Below, one piece after another: positions 37,001-49,740 of a stretch of 64,000 bases of DNA; positions within the stretch are counted from its first letter, which is position 1, and the number at the start of each line of letters is the position of its first letter. The notes beneath the pieces are model-generated. The model had not been told where the DNA came from, made no database searches, and saw only the letters and a program-made list of their open reading frames with translations. The stretch spans positions 3,782,001 through 3,846,000 of the forward strand of contig JBHGNT010000007.1 in assembly GCA_043228905.1 (NCBI GenBank). Reading direction: 5' to 3'. The translations under genes were made by a program, and so were the position numbers. The stretch comes from Azolla caroliniana (lineage: Eukaryota; Plantae; Polypodiophyta).

Positions 37001-38971
37001 CATACAACATGTTTCACTAAAATTATATTTTGTTGTGTTCGCAGTCATATGATGTGCCTAGTGTACATAATTAAACTCAATTGAAACCACTTCTTATCCA
37101 AAAGGCCAGCCGCCAAATCACATCTTATCATCCCAATATACTCAATGAAAAGTACATTAAGATAGATAAACATGATGTAACACTACATACTACAAAGACT
37201 AAATATAATATCTAAGATTGAATTAGTCGTGAGTTTTTTTTAGTGAAAATTATAAAAAAAGTATTTAAAGATTGATCCATTCATGACTGTAAACGTGACA
37301 TGGGATTGAGCTTAATAATGTGAGTTCTTTTGAAGTTATGTTGGCTGGAAAAATGCACTTTTGGCTAATGGTAACATTTTTTATCAGGTGGGTATCACTC
37401 TAAAATACTCATCTAATGACCAATGAATATGTGTTGGTAGACAGACCTGCAAGGTCTTCTAGTATATTTGTAAAAGTGTTAGATGTCGGGATTTTGCTAC
37501 ATTCACAATCAAGATGGTATGATATATCTTGTGGAGATAGCCACAATTCATGAATGTTGATGTTGAGGATAATTAGTCATGCATCTCCATTTCTTATCTT
37601 TGAGGCATCATCATACAAGCTATTGTATAAATGGATGCTTGTGTAATCTTCATAGGAACAAGGTGCTTTTCCACATTTGAAATGTCACGATATAATGTTA
37701 GCACTCACTATTTATTACTCAGGCAAGAAACGTATTGAATTATATACTGGCTAGTTCTAACTTCTTACTATTGAAATCAAACTTGTCTCCACATAAACTA
37801 GCATATGCTGAAGGCGTGTGTGTAAAAGACATTGGAAAGTAGGAGGATGTATATGCTACAAATTAAGTCATCTATAATGGAGAATCTAGTATGTAAAGTT
37901 ATGAAAAACAAGTCCAGTGCATGCATTTACAGAAACATTTCAACACGGTGAGTTTCCGTCACTCACCAGATTGTGTGATGATCAAGATATCCCTTGTACA
38001 TACGGCTCAAACATTGAAATGCAAACAATGTTGGATGTGAACCACACTCATGGTTTTCCCATGGGTAAGCACATGTAAAAAGACTATTCTCGCAGAGTAG
38101 GAAAACTCGATTCCTATTTAGTTAAAAAAAGTTGGGTAAAGTAATGCGAGCACAATATTCTCGAGAATCCCGTAAAGACAATGTTGGCATCACCATCACA
38201 CAAAAAAATAAATAGAGTACGCAAGAAAGGCAAGGAAGATGCTGGCATTGAAAAGAATTGCGAGATGTGAGAAATCTCCACTTACACAACAAGGTCAAGA
38301 CTGTTTGTTACTAAACTATAGCACAAGGCTTCTAAAAGATTATGTGACCTTTTCAAGCTTTACATTATAGTGACCTACATATCAAGTTGCTCCAAAAATA
38401 CATGTCCCAGCACTTAGCTCCTGACAAATCCATTGAAGTAAAAATTGTGTATTTGTAGGGTATAGAGGTTCCCATTCTGAATAAACATACACCTCAAACC
38501 CACACACAGGCATCATAATCTAATAATGCCAATCTCGACTCAAAGGAACTGTGAGATTGAGCTTGAACAATACACCACTCTGAACAAACATGTAATTGTT
38601 GTGTCTATAACATATAGTAGACAGCTAGAATTTGGGGAAGAAACCATTATTGAGTTGTTTGTACCCGCGGAAGGGTGCTACACATCCCACCTAGCAACAT
38701 TTAATTGCCAATGAGGCAAAAAGATAGAAAAAAAGGGTAATATAATATAATATAATATATATATATATATATATATGAATTTGTATAATCATACAAAAAT
38801 GTGGTTAAAACATCCCCTTTCTTTATACCAGAAGCCCAAATCCGTGAGATGAACAATCTCAATGTTTGGCCTGACCACCCTCGCGTAAAGAAGAATTTGA
38901 ATCCTTCGGTGGTCACGAGAAACATTTTAACATTTCCAATATACTTTGGGATATGAAGAGATAGAGACTCA

Positions 38972-39997
38972 TCATGTTTGTTGCATGCCTTCCATCTGAA
39001 CCGAAGCTCGGAGGTTCACATACTCCCCTGAATATGCACCCAAGTGTTCGGATAAAGCCACCGTGTCGATGCTCTCGTGGTGATATGCTTTACAAGAGAA
39101 ATAGAGGATGGTGGACACGACCATATCGACTTGGTCGATGAATGCGAAAAGGAGAGCAAAAACTAGGGCCAAGACAACCTGAATGGCCACGCTGTGGACA
39201 CTCCACATGGCAAAGTCGAACGAAACCACGACAATTGAGGTGAAAATGAGATAGAGAGCATACAAGGAATATGCAATGGCCCGTCTTCCTTTGATCAACA
39301 AGCTGCTCTTCTTGATCGATCGGAGGCCGTAGCTTTGCTCGAGGACCGATACTACGGTCGCGAGGTTGAAGACACATGTGAAATGGAAGAGCACGGCGAG
39401 GAAGAGGAGGCTCACGAACCACCACAAGACGATCGCGCCGATGCTCGTGAGGGGTAAGAAGACAAGGTACACGAACAGCACGGTCGCGAGGAAGGCTCCG
39501 GCTAGGAAGAAGACAAAGACAAAAGCCCAAAGGAATGTGACGAGGAGTCTGCGCCACACCTTGGGGACAACATAGAGGACCTTGCGATAGGTTAGCGGGC
39601 GCTTGATGAAGATGCAAGCTACGCTGTACACCGAGGCAGCGGTGGATAGGAGCCTGAAGATGAGAACCAAGAGCAGGTATGCCGAGAGGAGGAGGCCGAG
39701 GCGGATCCGATCGGCCGTGATGTTCCGGTGAAGGATGTTGCTGTCATCGGCAGATGTGTTTTGGGTGTATATGTAGGCTTCGGTGTTCCGATTGATCCGA
39801 GAGACTATAGGGTCTATGGCCAGGTTGTGGGCTAAGATGATGAAGCAAAGAGGTAGGGTTAGGGTTAGCGAGAGCGCGGTGAAGAGCTTCGGTCTCACCC
39901 ACAGGATGGATGCAGAGGTCTGCAGGATTCCTGAGAATCCCAGTGCCATAGCCGGGGGAGAACCCCACTGTATTCCATCACTACCCATGGAATCCAT
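38972..39997 (-). CDS. Uncharacterised plant multi-pass membrane protein (341 aa, intronless; family of Arabidopsis At1g31130/At4g19950/At5g44860-like proteins)
   Basis: Several hydrophobic helices. Family motifs LLSTAASVYSVAC, VPKVWRRLLVTFLW, NLATVVSVLE..YG..SIKKS..LIKG and YFSCKAYHHESID..L..HLGAY.GEYV.L. Family recognised from memory. Confidence 0.88.
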   Translation of the reverse strand: MDSMGSDGIQWGSPPAMALGFSGILQTSASILWVRPKLFTALSLTLTLPLCFIILAHNLAIDPIVSRINRNTEAYIYTQNTSADDSNILHRNITADRIRLGLLLSAYLLLVLIFRLLSTAASVYSVACIFIKRPLTYRKVLYVVPKVWRRLLVTFLWAFVFVFFLAGAFLATVLFVYLVFLPLTSIGAIVLWWFVSLLFLAVLFHFTCVFNLATVVSVLEQSYGLRSIKKSSLLIKGRRAIAYSLYALYLIFTSIVVVSFDFAMWSVHSVAIQVVLALVFALLFAFIDQVDMVVSTILYFSCKAYHHESIDTVALSEHLGAYSGEYVNLRASVQMEGMQQT

Positions 39998-40424
39998 CCA
40001 CCCGACTACTGTCTGCCTTGCCTTCTCTTCTTTTCTGCTACCCTTCTTAGTAGTTCGTCGATATTAGTTAGTGTTATAACCTGTTAGGGTTTGGAGTGGA
40101 GGGAGAGGATCTTTCCCCTGTTTTTGGCTATGCTCTGTTCTGCCCCTGTCTCTCTGCTCTCTCTCTTTGTCTCCTCTGTCTCTGTCTCTGTTTCTCTATC
40201 TCTCTCTCTCTCTCTCTGTGCTTTAAGGAAAGTTTCAGTTCACTTTCCTCTGTATTATCGGTTTCACACTTTGTCCGGACAAGTGTGTACAGAAAGTAGT
40301 CTCTTATCCACATCCACACACAACCTCCCCAATTTTGCTTTCTAATAACTCTCTTGCTTTTTCTTCTTCTTCTTCTTTGTGTTTTGTGTCTTCATTGATT
40401 TATATATGTATTTGCTGTGTTGCA

Positions 40425-40430
<6 letters not shown>

Positions 40431-40480
<50 letters not shown>
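40431..40480. repeat. (AG)25 microsatellite upstream of the membrane-protein gene
   Basis: Uninterrupted AG run; further CT-rich tracts at 40150-40217. Confidence 0.97.
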
Positions 40481-40482
<2 letters not shown>

Positions 40483-43400
40483 AATCCTTTTGTTCACTTT
40501 TTACTACTTGCTCTTATTCTTCTTTTTCCAACACTCCAATCCTTGGATATCACAAAACATGAGGTGATATCCCCCCCCCCGCCCTTTCTCATTCAATCAG
40601 GAATCTTTCATGCCTCGTGTTCTTCGTTCGCTCACGTCAATGCTCTTGTGAGGTTTAGGGTTTCTTTTCTGTCCCGGAATCGAGAGTCGATTCCCAACCT
40701 ACCTCCCCTCAACACACATACAATATATGATGCATTTCATTGTATCATCAATCAATGTTTCGTGCAATGGATTCTAGGGGACTTCAACACTGCGTCAATC
40801 CTACAAAACTAAGGATTTTAAAATAAGCTTTGGGCACCGAATTTGAACACATTCTTTTCATTCTCCAGTGCACCATAACCATCCACGAGTCTTTATCTCG
40901 AGAAAGGTGGCCAATTAGAAGGCACAAATCATTAGGATTTCAACAAATAATAAAGAAGGGTACAATTCAATATGATTTACACACATAGACAAGCCTAGTA
41001 AAACAACGAGGTAGTGAATTGTTGGCCACCATGCATGAAGAGAATGAGGTGTGAACCAACCATGTCTTTGCGATAACATCTTGCATCATCTATTGTCACA
41101 GTTCACAATTATATTCTAGGGTAATGAGTTCCCTAGTCCATTGAAACCAAGCTTGACCCATAGGAACTTGATGCAACTTAATCTAACAAAGTTGTCCACA
41201 ATCACATTGTATCACATGTCATGCATCCCAACTCAACTTTTTCCTTATTAGGGATAAACTCTCTTGACTTTAGGCAAAGTTTGTGCTCGTCATCAATGCA
41301 AGAATACAGTTTGACTCATAATGCAAACAAAAGGATGGACATCGGCCACACAAAAGCAAATTTTATTGCGTAAAGTAGAATGCATTCAACTTCCAAGGAG
41401 TTAAACCTCTTGAAATATACCCATATATGTTATGGACATGGTGTTGCCTATATCTCTCACTACTTATGAGTTTTCCTTGAAATACATCCCCCATATTATA
41501 CAACATATTATGGCTCCATCTCAAAAGGAGCAAACTATTATATTTAACTTACTCTTTGCTATTTTAAACAAGAAGCTATAAAAGAAGGACTTGTACGGCG
41601 AGCGAAACGAAAAATCTCACATGCTTGTAAAGAAGGGGAAGGTTCTCAATGCTCTATGTGCTCATGGGCCATGTTATCCCTAGTTACCATACATTCTTCG
41701 TTTATTTAATCATGATTACAATATTTTGGTTAGCCATATATCTTAGACCTAGGTGAACACGCTTTTGAAGTACCTCCACATTATTATTTCATAAGCAATT
41801 CTATAGTGTATATTGTATAAACACATAAACTCCGGGATGTGATCTCCAAAAAATAGGTTTATATATTCGATTAAGTTTACATATGTGCGCAAACATGGGT
41901 ATTTTATGATCTATCCATCATATTTGTATGCACATAGAGGGAATATCACGTGCCATCCACAACCAATTAATTTTTTGATATAATTTTGTAATCAACAATC
42001 TTAGATTTCTCTTTGGTTATTAGACATCATTTGCTATGTTTTTCTTATGAACCATGTTCAATTTAAATTCATCATATTGTACGATGAACTCCAGTTGCTA
42101 TAGAAATCTCCAACACTTTCTTGTTATATTTTTATGGTTTCCCTTTTACAAGGGGAAATTATTAGTGTGGTATGCATAATCAAAGTTGTATTACGGAAAT
42201 TAAAAAAGTCTTGAAACTAGTAATTGTTGGTTATACAAGCAAGAAAGAGTTAACCATGGGATTGATTAGAAATTTGTGAAATATGGATAAATGGAATCAA
42301 ATATTTTAGTTAGTAAACCAAAGTGTTGGTATTACAAAACATAACACACATATTTAAGTGGTTTTTTAATTGCAACATGATACACTTTACACTAGTGATG
42401 TCTAAGCATCTAGTGGTCTCAACTCTCATGTTGGCCACAAGGTCGTTCGACTTCTATTAGTCTTTCTATCTTGCTTTCTTTGTGTTGTATGATGATGTTG
42501 TCACATTGGTTTGATGAATACATAGACTTGGATTCAAAACTTTCGGCCACTTGAGGCTCACTTTTCATGTCACATGAGTAAAATTTCCCTCTCTTTTCTT
42601 ATTTTGTCATCAAATTATAGTGCCTCGTTTTTACACCTAGTTGTTGTTGTAGTTGAAGAGCCATTTTTGTAACAACATTATTGGCACCACTTTCAATTGT
42701 ATAAAGGATGGCACCCAAAATGCATGTCCTCAAAATGAAATAAGATAATTTGGCGTGAAAACATGTTAGATTTTAAATCAGTTAAATGGATTAAAACAAT
42801 ATATTCTCAAACCTGAAAAGTGTTGAAGAAATGCAAACCGTGCGATCTAGGATGGACCTTGTAATTCATGTGTCACAATAATGGTTATTATTCGCTTACA
42901 AAGCAATAAATTTAATTGTTCTATTGACATATATAGTATATCTCAACAAAGTGATGTTTGTTGGTTCACACACTCCACAATAAGGCGATGCTTCAGAAGC
43001 ATTGAGGAATGAATGTATTGAAGAACAAAAGGTGACAACAACATATCGGTATTGCTCATGAATATTTTAAGCTTGCTCTTTAGCTCTGATGAGGATTTTT
43101 TGATTGAGCATTCTTTTGTCTTACCTTGTGCATGAATATTTTTGGTTGGGGCTCTTTCTTTTTAACACTTTAATGTTGCTAATGTTACATCTCTCATTGG
43201 AATATTCTAAGATGAGGAAAACAACCCGCCAACACAACTACGTCATCATTCAAAACACAATAGAAACAAGATAGGCGAAAACGTTGCACCATCCAAAAAT
43301 TTGTGAGACCATTAAGGCGATGTGGTCTAACCCAACGTCAATCTTGAAATTGCTCAATCAAAACATGCACATACTCATCTTGTAAAATAAACCTAAAACT

Positions 43401-44821
43401 ATGGGTTTCTTAGATGTCTAAAACTAATTTAATTGCTCTTTGTCTTTGAGACTCAACTTTAATATGGTTATAGTTCAGGGTTGTTCATCGACATAAATTA
43501 TTGTGTTCTATTATTGATTTAAGAGCATTTCTCTATGCAAGATTCGCCTCCACATTATATATTCTTATTTCATTTGCATATTTTTTTGACTATTGATAAT
43601 ACTTGAGATTTTTGGTGCACCAATAAGAATTGCAAGCTCAAGAGCTATGAGATCCACAAATCTCCTTAGTGCTTCTCCAATTCCTATCATTTTTATGTGT
43701 AGTGTCTGTCACAAACACACAACAGGAGGTTTCACTTTTTGTTGGTTTCGAGGAATTGATTGATTACCGTTAGAGAGAATAAAGCATCTAGCATCCACAC
43801 GTAAAATAAAAGTTACAAGATATGATGAATCTGTTGACGTTGATTGAAGAAATGCAAATCAAGCAATCTAGACAAGTTCCATCAAACATGTGAGGGTTCG
43901 GCTGATGATCCTACTACACAATGCTGGTTCATACAACAGTCCATGGACCTAGTAGAGGCACTTCAATGAAGATCCTTGTGGGCTCATATTATGATCCATG
44001 GAATTTCGTTGAGGACACGTACAATGGTCCCGACAAGACCTAAGTGGACTTCGTCGTATGGCCTACAAGACCCCAAGGGCATGTATGAGGATTGACAAGA
44101 CCTCGTGGCTCATGTGAAATGACTATATAGACGCATACGTTTTGCTTTTAAAGGAAAATTCATCAATACATTGCGTATGTGTGCAAATCAATACATTATG
44201 TGTGTATTGAATTTGAGAGAGAAACAAAGCATGTGGAAATTCAGGTTTTTTTTTTTTTCTTTGCATTCCACACGTTTGGGAAGGGAGAGAGCAGGTTGTC
44301 GCAGCCCTAACCTCTCTTTTCACACGTGTGGCTATTATTATCATAAGTGCCAACTAGCCAACGAATCCTTCAAAGTATTTACGTAGTAGTATTATCTATC
44401 TCATGTATGTATTCACACCACAAAGGACAAATGGACCCAAACCAACAAGAATTCATCCAAAAAAACAATAAGGCTTTTTCTTCTCTCTTTTTTTCACCAT
44501 TTGAACCAAAGTCTTCTTATCTTATCGTGGCACAAAACCTCCTTCATCGACCATCTCACGGGCAAAGAACAAAATTTGCACCAACTTACTACCATTATGC
44601 AATGGCACAATATCTCTTCCCCCTCCCCCCCCATTCCTTCGCGTACATCAAAGTGCCACATTTAAGGCCACTAAAAACAATGAACGAGCTCCCTCGCTCA
44701 CCGGTGTACATATATACAAAGCTCAAGGGTCATTTGTGTGCTTACATTATAAGTAACCCAAAGATTGATGAAGTGGAGGTATTTAATTTATATCATCATG
44801 GTGGAATTGAGCTCTTTGTAT

Positions 44822-47800
44822 TTACTTTGTCCCAATCTCTGTGTCCACCTCGGGAAGGAGCTCTTTCAATCGCTCGGGGATCGGACTAGTTAACAACTCA
44901 TGGCTCGCGGGGTTTTGCGCGTAGCAAACATAATGAGCACATACTGCACCTTGCGGCACCGCCATCATGAGACGAACCTACGAATGACAAATGAATTATT
45001 ACATGATTGAGAAAGTGAATGTGACAAATGATTACATTATTACCTTACATTCATGAAGTCAATCAGGCTAGAGACTGAGCGTTTAGATACACAAACATAA
45101 AGCTAGGTCAAGTGGACTAGACATAGGGAGGGACATTAGGTCTTCAGTTGGCCCAACTCTGAAATTCCACTTCCACCATATCCATACTATTTTTACATGG
45201 TGAAGAAGATGCCAATGGCAAGAAGACCAAAACAGAGCGTGAACCATATGTACTATACGTGCATTCACATTCGAGTATCTTTCGATCATTCAAGTATGGT
45301 AAATACCATACTTTTGTATTCATTATTTACTATAAGGTAAAACGTTTTTTAAGGTAAAACTGTGAGAAAACATAAGTATGTTTTCATAACATACACATTC
45401 ATTTGCAAAAGTATGAAAACGAATGTTTGAGCAGAAGAATGGGAATATTAAGTTCTATGGTCCAAAATATGTCAGGAACCCTTGATGTATATATTGGTCA
45501 TTGTTATACATGTGCCATAATTAGCCCTAGGTCTATATGCAAACTATAGCTATGGGCATTTTGGACATCCATAATCTAATTGATGCATGTGTGGTCTGAT
45601 TGACTCTAACATTGAAAGATTGCTTATGTACCAGTATAATATCCAGGGGGGATTATTCGAAGTCCCTTTTTATTGTCATTATGGACATCCATGAGGTGCC
45701 GGGCCTATCTCTAGCCTACTCAACTTCATGTTAATGTATGAAACGGACACTCACCAAGAAGTAACCGATGAAGAAACACACGATTGAGACTGATGAAGTG
45801 AGGGCCTTGTGAGTTCCAAATGTCCATCCACCACTGACCAATGCACACATCATTCCGCCCAAGATTCCACTGAGGACACAAAAGGAGCTTGTCAAGTCGG
45901 TGGACACGACAACATCCAGTCTCTTGCTTGCGAATAGCTCTGAGGTTTCTTTGGCGGCCTTGATGAAGGGTTTGCGATGGAGGGCGACCTGAGAATAAAT
46001 AACAAGTGGTGCTCTTTCTAAGATTATGGCCTAAAAAAATTGCAAGACACTTTCTTTTTGTTGTAAGATGCAAGTTTACCTGGACAAAGGCCCAGTTGTT
46101 GGCATACAAGGAAAGCTTGTGGGTGATTTTATGGAAGCAATCAGCACAAGAGAACATGAACTCATTGTCCACATGTATTCTGTCCATGGCTCGGCCCTGA
46201 GATACACAAGGTGAAACAAAAGATGGGAGATTAATATTGGGTTCAGATGGACAAATGCACCATGGCATTTGGATTAGGTTTCACAACAAAACATAATCGA
46301 TCTAAGGCAACTACAGGCAATGCTCGAAATGGCCTCAGTGCGAACAAATCTTATCACTGTTGTTCGGCTTTGGTCCAGCCTTTCAATTAAGAGGTTCATT
46401 AATGGTTGGGATTTAAGGTCATATTTCAATTGTCAAAGTGCACTAGTGTGGCGATAAAATGCAACCAACTTATCCACCGACATGATGATCGGCAAACGAC
46501 CAGTCTGAAACCTCTATGTTTTGGTTTAGGATAATTAATGTTAGAGCGATTAACGTTGCATTGAGAGCAATTTATGTTCCAAATTAGATGAGTTACACAC
46601 ACCGTTTGCATTAGGGTCCGTTATTCATTGAATGAACGAGTGACTTAAATGAGTACAAAAAGATTTATTTACAACACACTTTGGATGTGGAGATGATTAC
46701 CATAACACCGAGGACATGGATGATCGGTATGACCAACGAGCCGAGGCAGATGCTCCCGAACCAAGCCGTGTAGGCCGAGTAGAGGGAGCCTTCCCAGTGA
46801 TGAGGGGCGGGAGGCTCGGGGCCGCCACCATTGGACAGATGGGCCACGGCGGCGGACACGCCCCTCGCGGCCGCGATGAGCACCATATTCCTCAATGTCT
46901 CCAATGTCCACGCCATGCTGACGAGGAGGCCGAACACGAGCAAAGGGGCGAGCCGGAGGCCGAGCGCGCTCACGACCCCGAAGCTCCAGAAGAGGAGCCA
47001 CACGGACCCGGCGACGAGGAGCCAATAGGAGACGAGGTATGTCCCGGGGACCTTGGATGCCGTGTTCAATGAGCAGAAGAGGACGTCGCCCGCGTACTTC
47101 ATACACCGGTGGGTGTAGACCCCGTATAGGACCTGCGTGATGGCCATGACCAGGACCAGGACGCCCACCCCTAGATTGGCCGCGGTCCCCGTGGAGAAGA
47201 GCATAATGGCCGTCCCCAGTGTGAACACGGACGACGCCCATGTGATGGACCTCGCCGCCTGGTTAGGGTAGAGGCGGAAGAGGGTCTGGCAGAGCAGGGC
47301 GGCTATGGCCCCCACCATCACCGACGCGCTCAGCTGTGGGAACCATCTCTGCAGGTCCTGCAGCTTGCTCCGCGTCAGCCTCCTCAGGAACACCGCGTTG
47401 AGGTAGATGATGGCCACCATGGACAGGAGGAGGTGGAGCAAGAAGATCGCTGCGAAGGGGAGGTCTCTCACTGGGAATGGCGATGGCGATGGCGATGATG
47501 ATCTGAATATGACTCCTGTTGTAGCATTGCTTCCTTCCTGTGCGCGGCAGAGACATCAGAGAGATATGAAATGGTTAAGCATACTGGTTTGAGAAATAGA
47601 ACAGACTAGACCAGACGATAATAGAGATAAACTTCTTGATGATCAGTGGCTACAGGCGAAGCTGAAGAATCGGTATCAGCAGAAAAAAACCAGTGAACAG
47701 TGTCAAGGACGTTGGAAATGGCTATGGCGGAGCGAAGCAAAAATCTAGCTACCCCAGAAAGCAAGAAAACCAGGCCGAAAAAAGTGGAGGGAAATGCTAA

Positions 47801-48747
47801 AAGGAAGTAATTTGTTTTGCGAGGCATGAACGCTAATGACTATGGGGTAACTTAAGGGGGAAACCTGTAATTTAAGGCTATGGCCGAGATTCATAAGTTA
47901 CTCTCACAGAACAAGAATGAAGACGGAACAAGAAAGAGCAGAGAATTCCATGACGTAGATAAATGGAAGTAAGCTATGATGGAAATTACGCTTTAAATTC
48001 ATAGGGAGGAAAAAATCTCAGAGCGAGAATTGGTCTGCAATATGGCCTAACTTCTTTAGCTTCAGAAATAAGTTCTGAGGGGGAGAGCTTAAGCTTTCCC
48101 TCCCAGAGGAAGGGGGAATAAAACAGCAGACGAAGGAATGGAATAAAATAGCTATGGCGGAGAGCTTTTGAAGCTTTCATCAGAAAAGAAGAAGAAGAAG
48201 AAAGAAAGAGCAGACAATTATATGATGAGCAAGTATGGAGATTAGCTATAGCAGCGGAGCTTACAGTGGTCGTGGTGGCCTCTGGTGCCACTTGATTCGT
48301 TCTCTGGTTCTTTGAGATGTTGATTTCATGCGTCACAGTACTACTTCTTGCAACAGAAGCTCCTCCGCCATCGCCGTTGGAGATTATCTCCGAGTTACCA
48401 ACCTCCTCAGAAGCTCTGTTCGATTCCAGATCTTCTACCCTGTTAGAGCCCTGGCTTTGGTCTCCATGCTTCATTACCTTTTGATGATCAGAGTCTGAAT
48501 TTGTTGTCGCGGAGTTAGCAGCAGCTGTAGAAGACGAAGAAGCTCCGCCATAGTTGTAGTGTTCTGATTCTCCATGGAAATCTACGTTGATGTTGCTGTG
48601 ATAATTCATATCGTCGTCTTGCAGATACTGCTGCGACCGTCTGCCATAGCTGGGATCTTCATCTCTAGGGTAATAAGAAGAGCTCCCACGACGGGATGAG
48701 CCACTGCCTAAAGGGTCATTAGGGTTGTGATCCCAGAAGCTCCCCAT
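44822..48747 (-). CDS. Choline transporter-like (CTL/PNS1 family) membrane protein; exons 48747-48265, 47537-46701, 46196-46080, 45988-45755, 44977-44822 (~608 aa)
   Basis: All exons are phase 0 with GT/AG boundaries. Motifs FGSICLGSL, EFMFSCADC, NNWAFVQVALHRKPFIKAAKET.ELF, DLTSSFCVLSG and HYVCYAQNP match plant CTL/PNS1-like proteins. Joining of the low-complexity exon 1 is less certain. Confidence 0.85.
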
Positions 48748-49250
48748 TTCTCCAGATTCCTGACAAACCAGAGAAGCGAAAAACAAATCAGGAAGAAGAA
48801 AAGAAGGCAGATTTAGGTAGGCAGGCAAGGGAGGGAGGAGAAGCAGAGTTAAGTTACACATACCACGTTCCCCATCGCTGAGAAATGGGATGGATTTTTG
48901 CTGCAGAAGGAAGCTTGAGCAGAAGAAGATGTGAGAAGAACCTGAGAGATCAGAGCAGAGCAGAGGCGGACAGAACAGAAGACGCAGGGAGAGACAGAGA
49001 GAGATGTCTGAGCAGAAACAGAGCCGAGCCGAGCCGAACAGAAAACGCAAAGAGAGAGAGAGAGAGATGTCTGAATAGATTGAGTAGAGAAGGGTAGGAA
49101 GCATGGAGAAACACAGAGAAGCTCTATAAGAGAGGAAGTGAGAGAATCTGGAGAGAGAGAGAGAGAGAGAGATAGACAGAGACAGTGAGGGGAGAGAGAG
49201 ACAGAGACAGAGAGGAACGCAGAATGGACTGGGAAAGGCGACCAGGACAA

Positions 49251-49740
49251 TGACGGCCATCGTCGTACTGACCACGACCGTCAGTGACCTCCGTCAAATG
49301 GCTCCCTCTGCCGAATGTCAGTCAGCGTTAGACTTGACGGCCGTCATCGTCGGCAAAAGACGGTTAGCTTTTTATTTTTTGACGGGGAGCCACCGGCGAC
49401 TTTTATTTTGATGCTGGTCACCGGCGCTAAACGGTTGATTGCCTTGACGGAGAGAAAACGGCAAGCCGTCAAGATTTGATATCGACGACCGGTTACCGCC
49501 TGACGGAAGTGCGGAGGGGGTCCCATTATTATATCATCATTGCTTCTTCTGCTCCTCGGGAGGGCTGCAAAAGAAATGACGACAAAGTTTTTCTCCCCAC
49601 TGCCACGTCAGCTGGTCCTCTGACGCTGACCGTGCCAGCTGGCCCCCGGCTGATCGGGATCCTGACGTCATTGGACCAGATGCCACGTGAGCCAGCCAGT
49701 CGCCAACTTTCCCGTCAGTGCGTTGCTCCACGTGGCATCT
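49251..49740. promoter_or_regulatory. GC-rich proximal promoter of the CTL gene with 10 TGACGG/CCGTCA motifs and G/C-boxes
   Basis: TGACGG/CCGTCA at 49251, 49278, 49291, 49335, 49341, 49380, 49445, 49466, 49501 and 49712. GCCACGTCA (49602), TGACGTCA (49663), GCCACGTG (49682) and CCACGTGGC (49728). Confidence 0.55.

Noticed and set aside
34100-38900. Hidden gene or solo LTR in the long AT-rich intergenic stretch (also 40800-44700 and 50000-52000)
   Set aside because: Only short ORFs and scattered splice-like sites; I could not establish recognisable domains, terminal repeats or TSDs.
45136-45186. Possible alternative last exon of the CTL gene (YGYGGSGISELGQLKT*)
   Set aside because: A-rich weak acceptor and no family similarity, whereas 44977-44822 carries the conserved YVCYA.NP motif.
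47986-49275. 429-aa minus-strand ORF as a stand-alone gene
   Set aside because: Its flanks are CT-microsatellite UTR/intron read-through; only 48747-48265 fits as exon 1 of the CTL gene.
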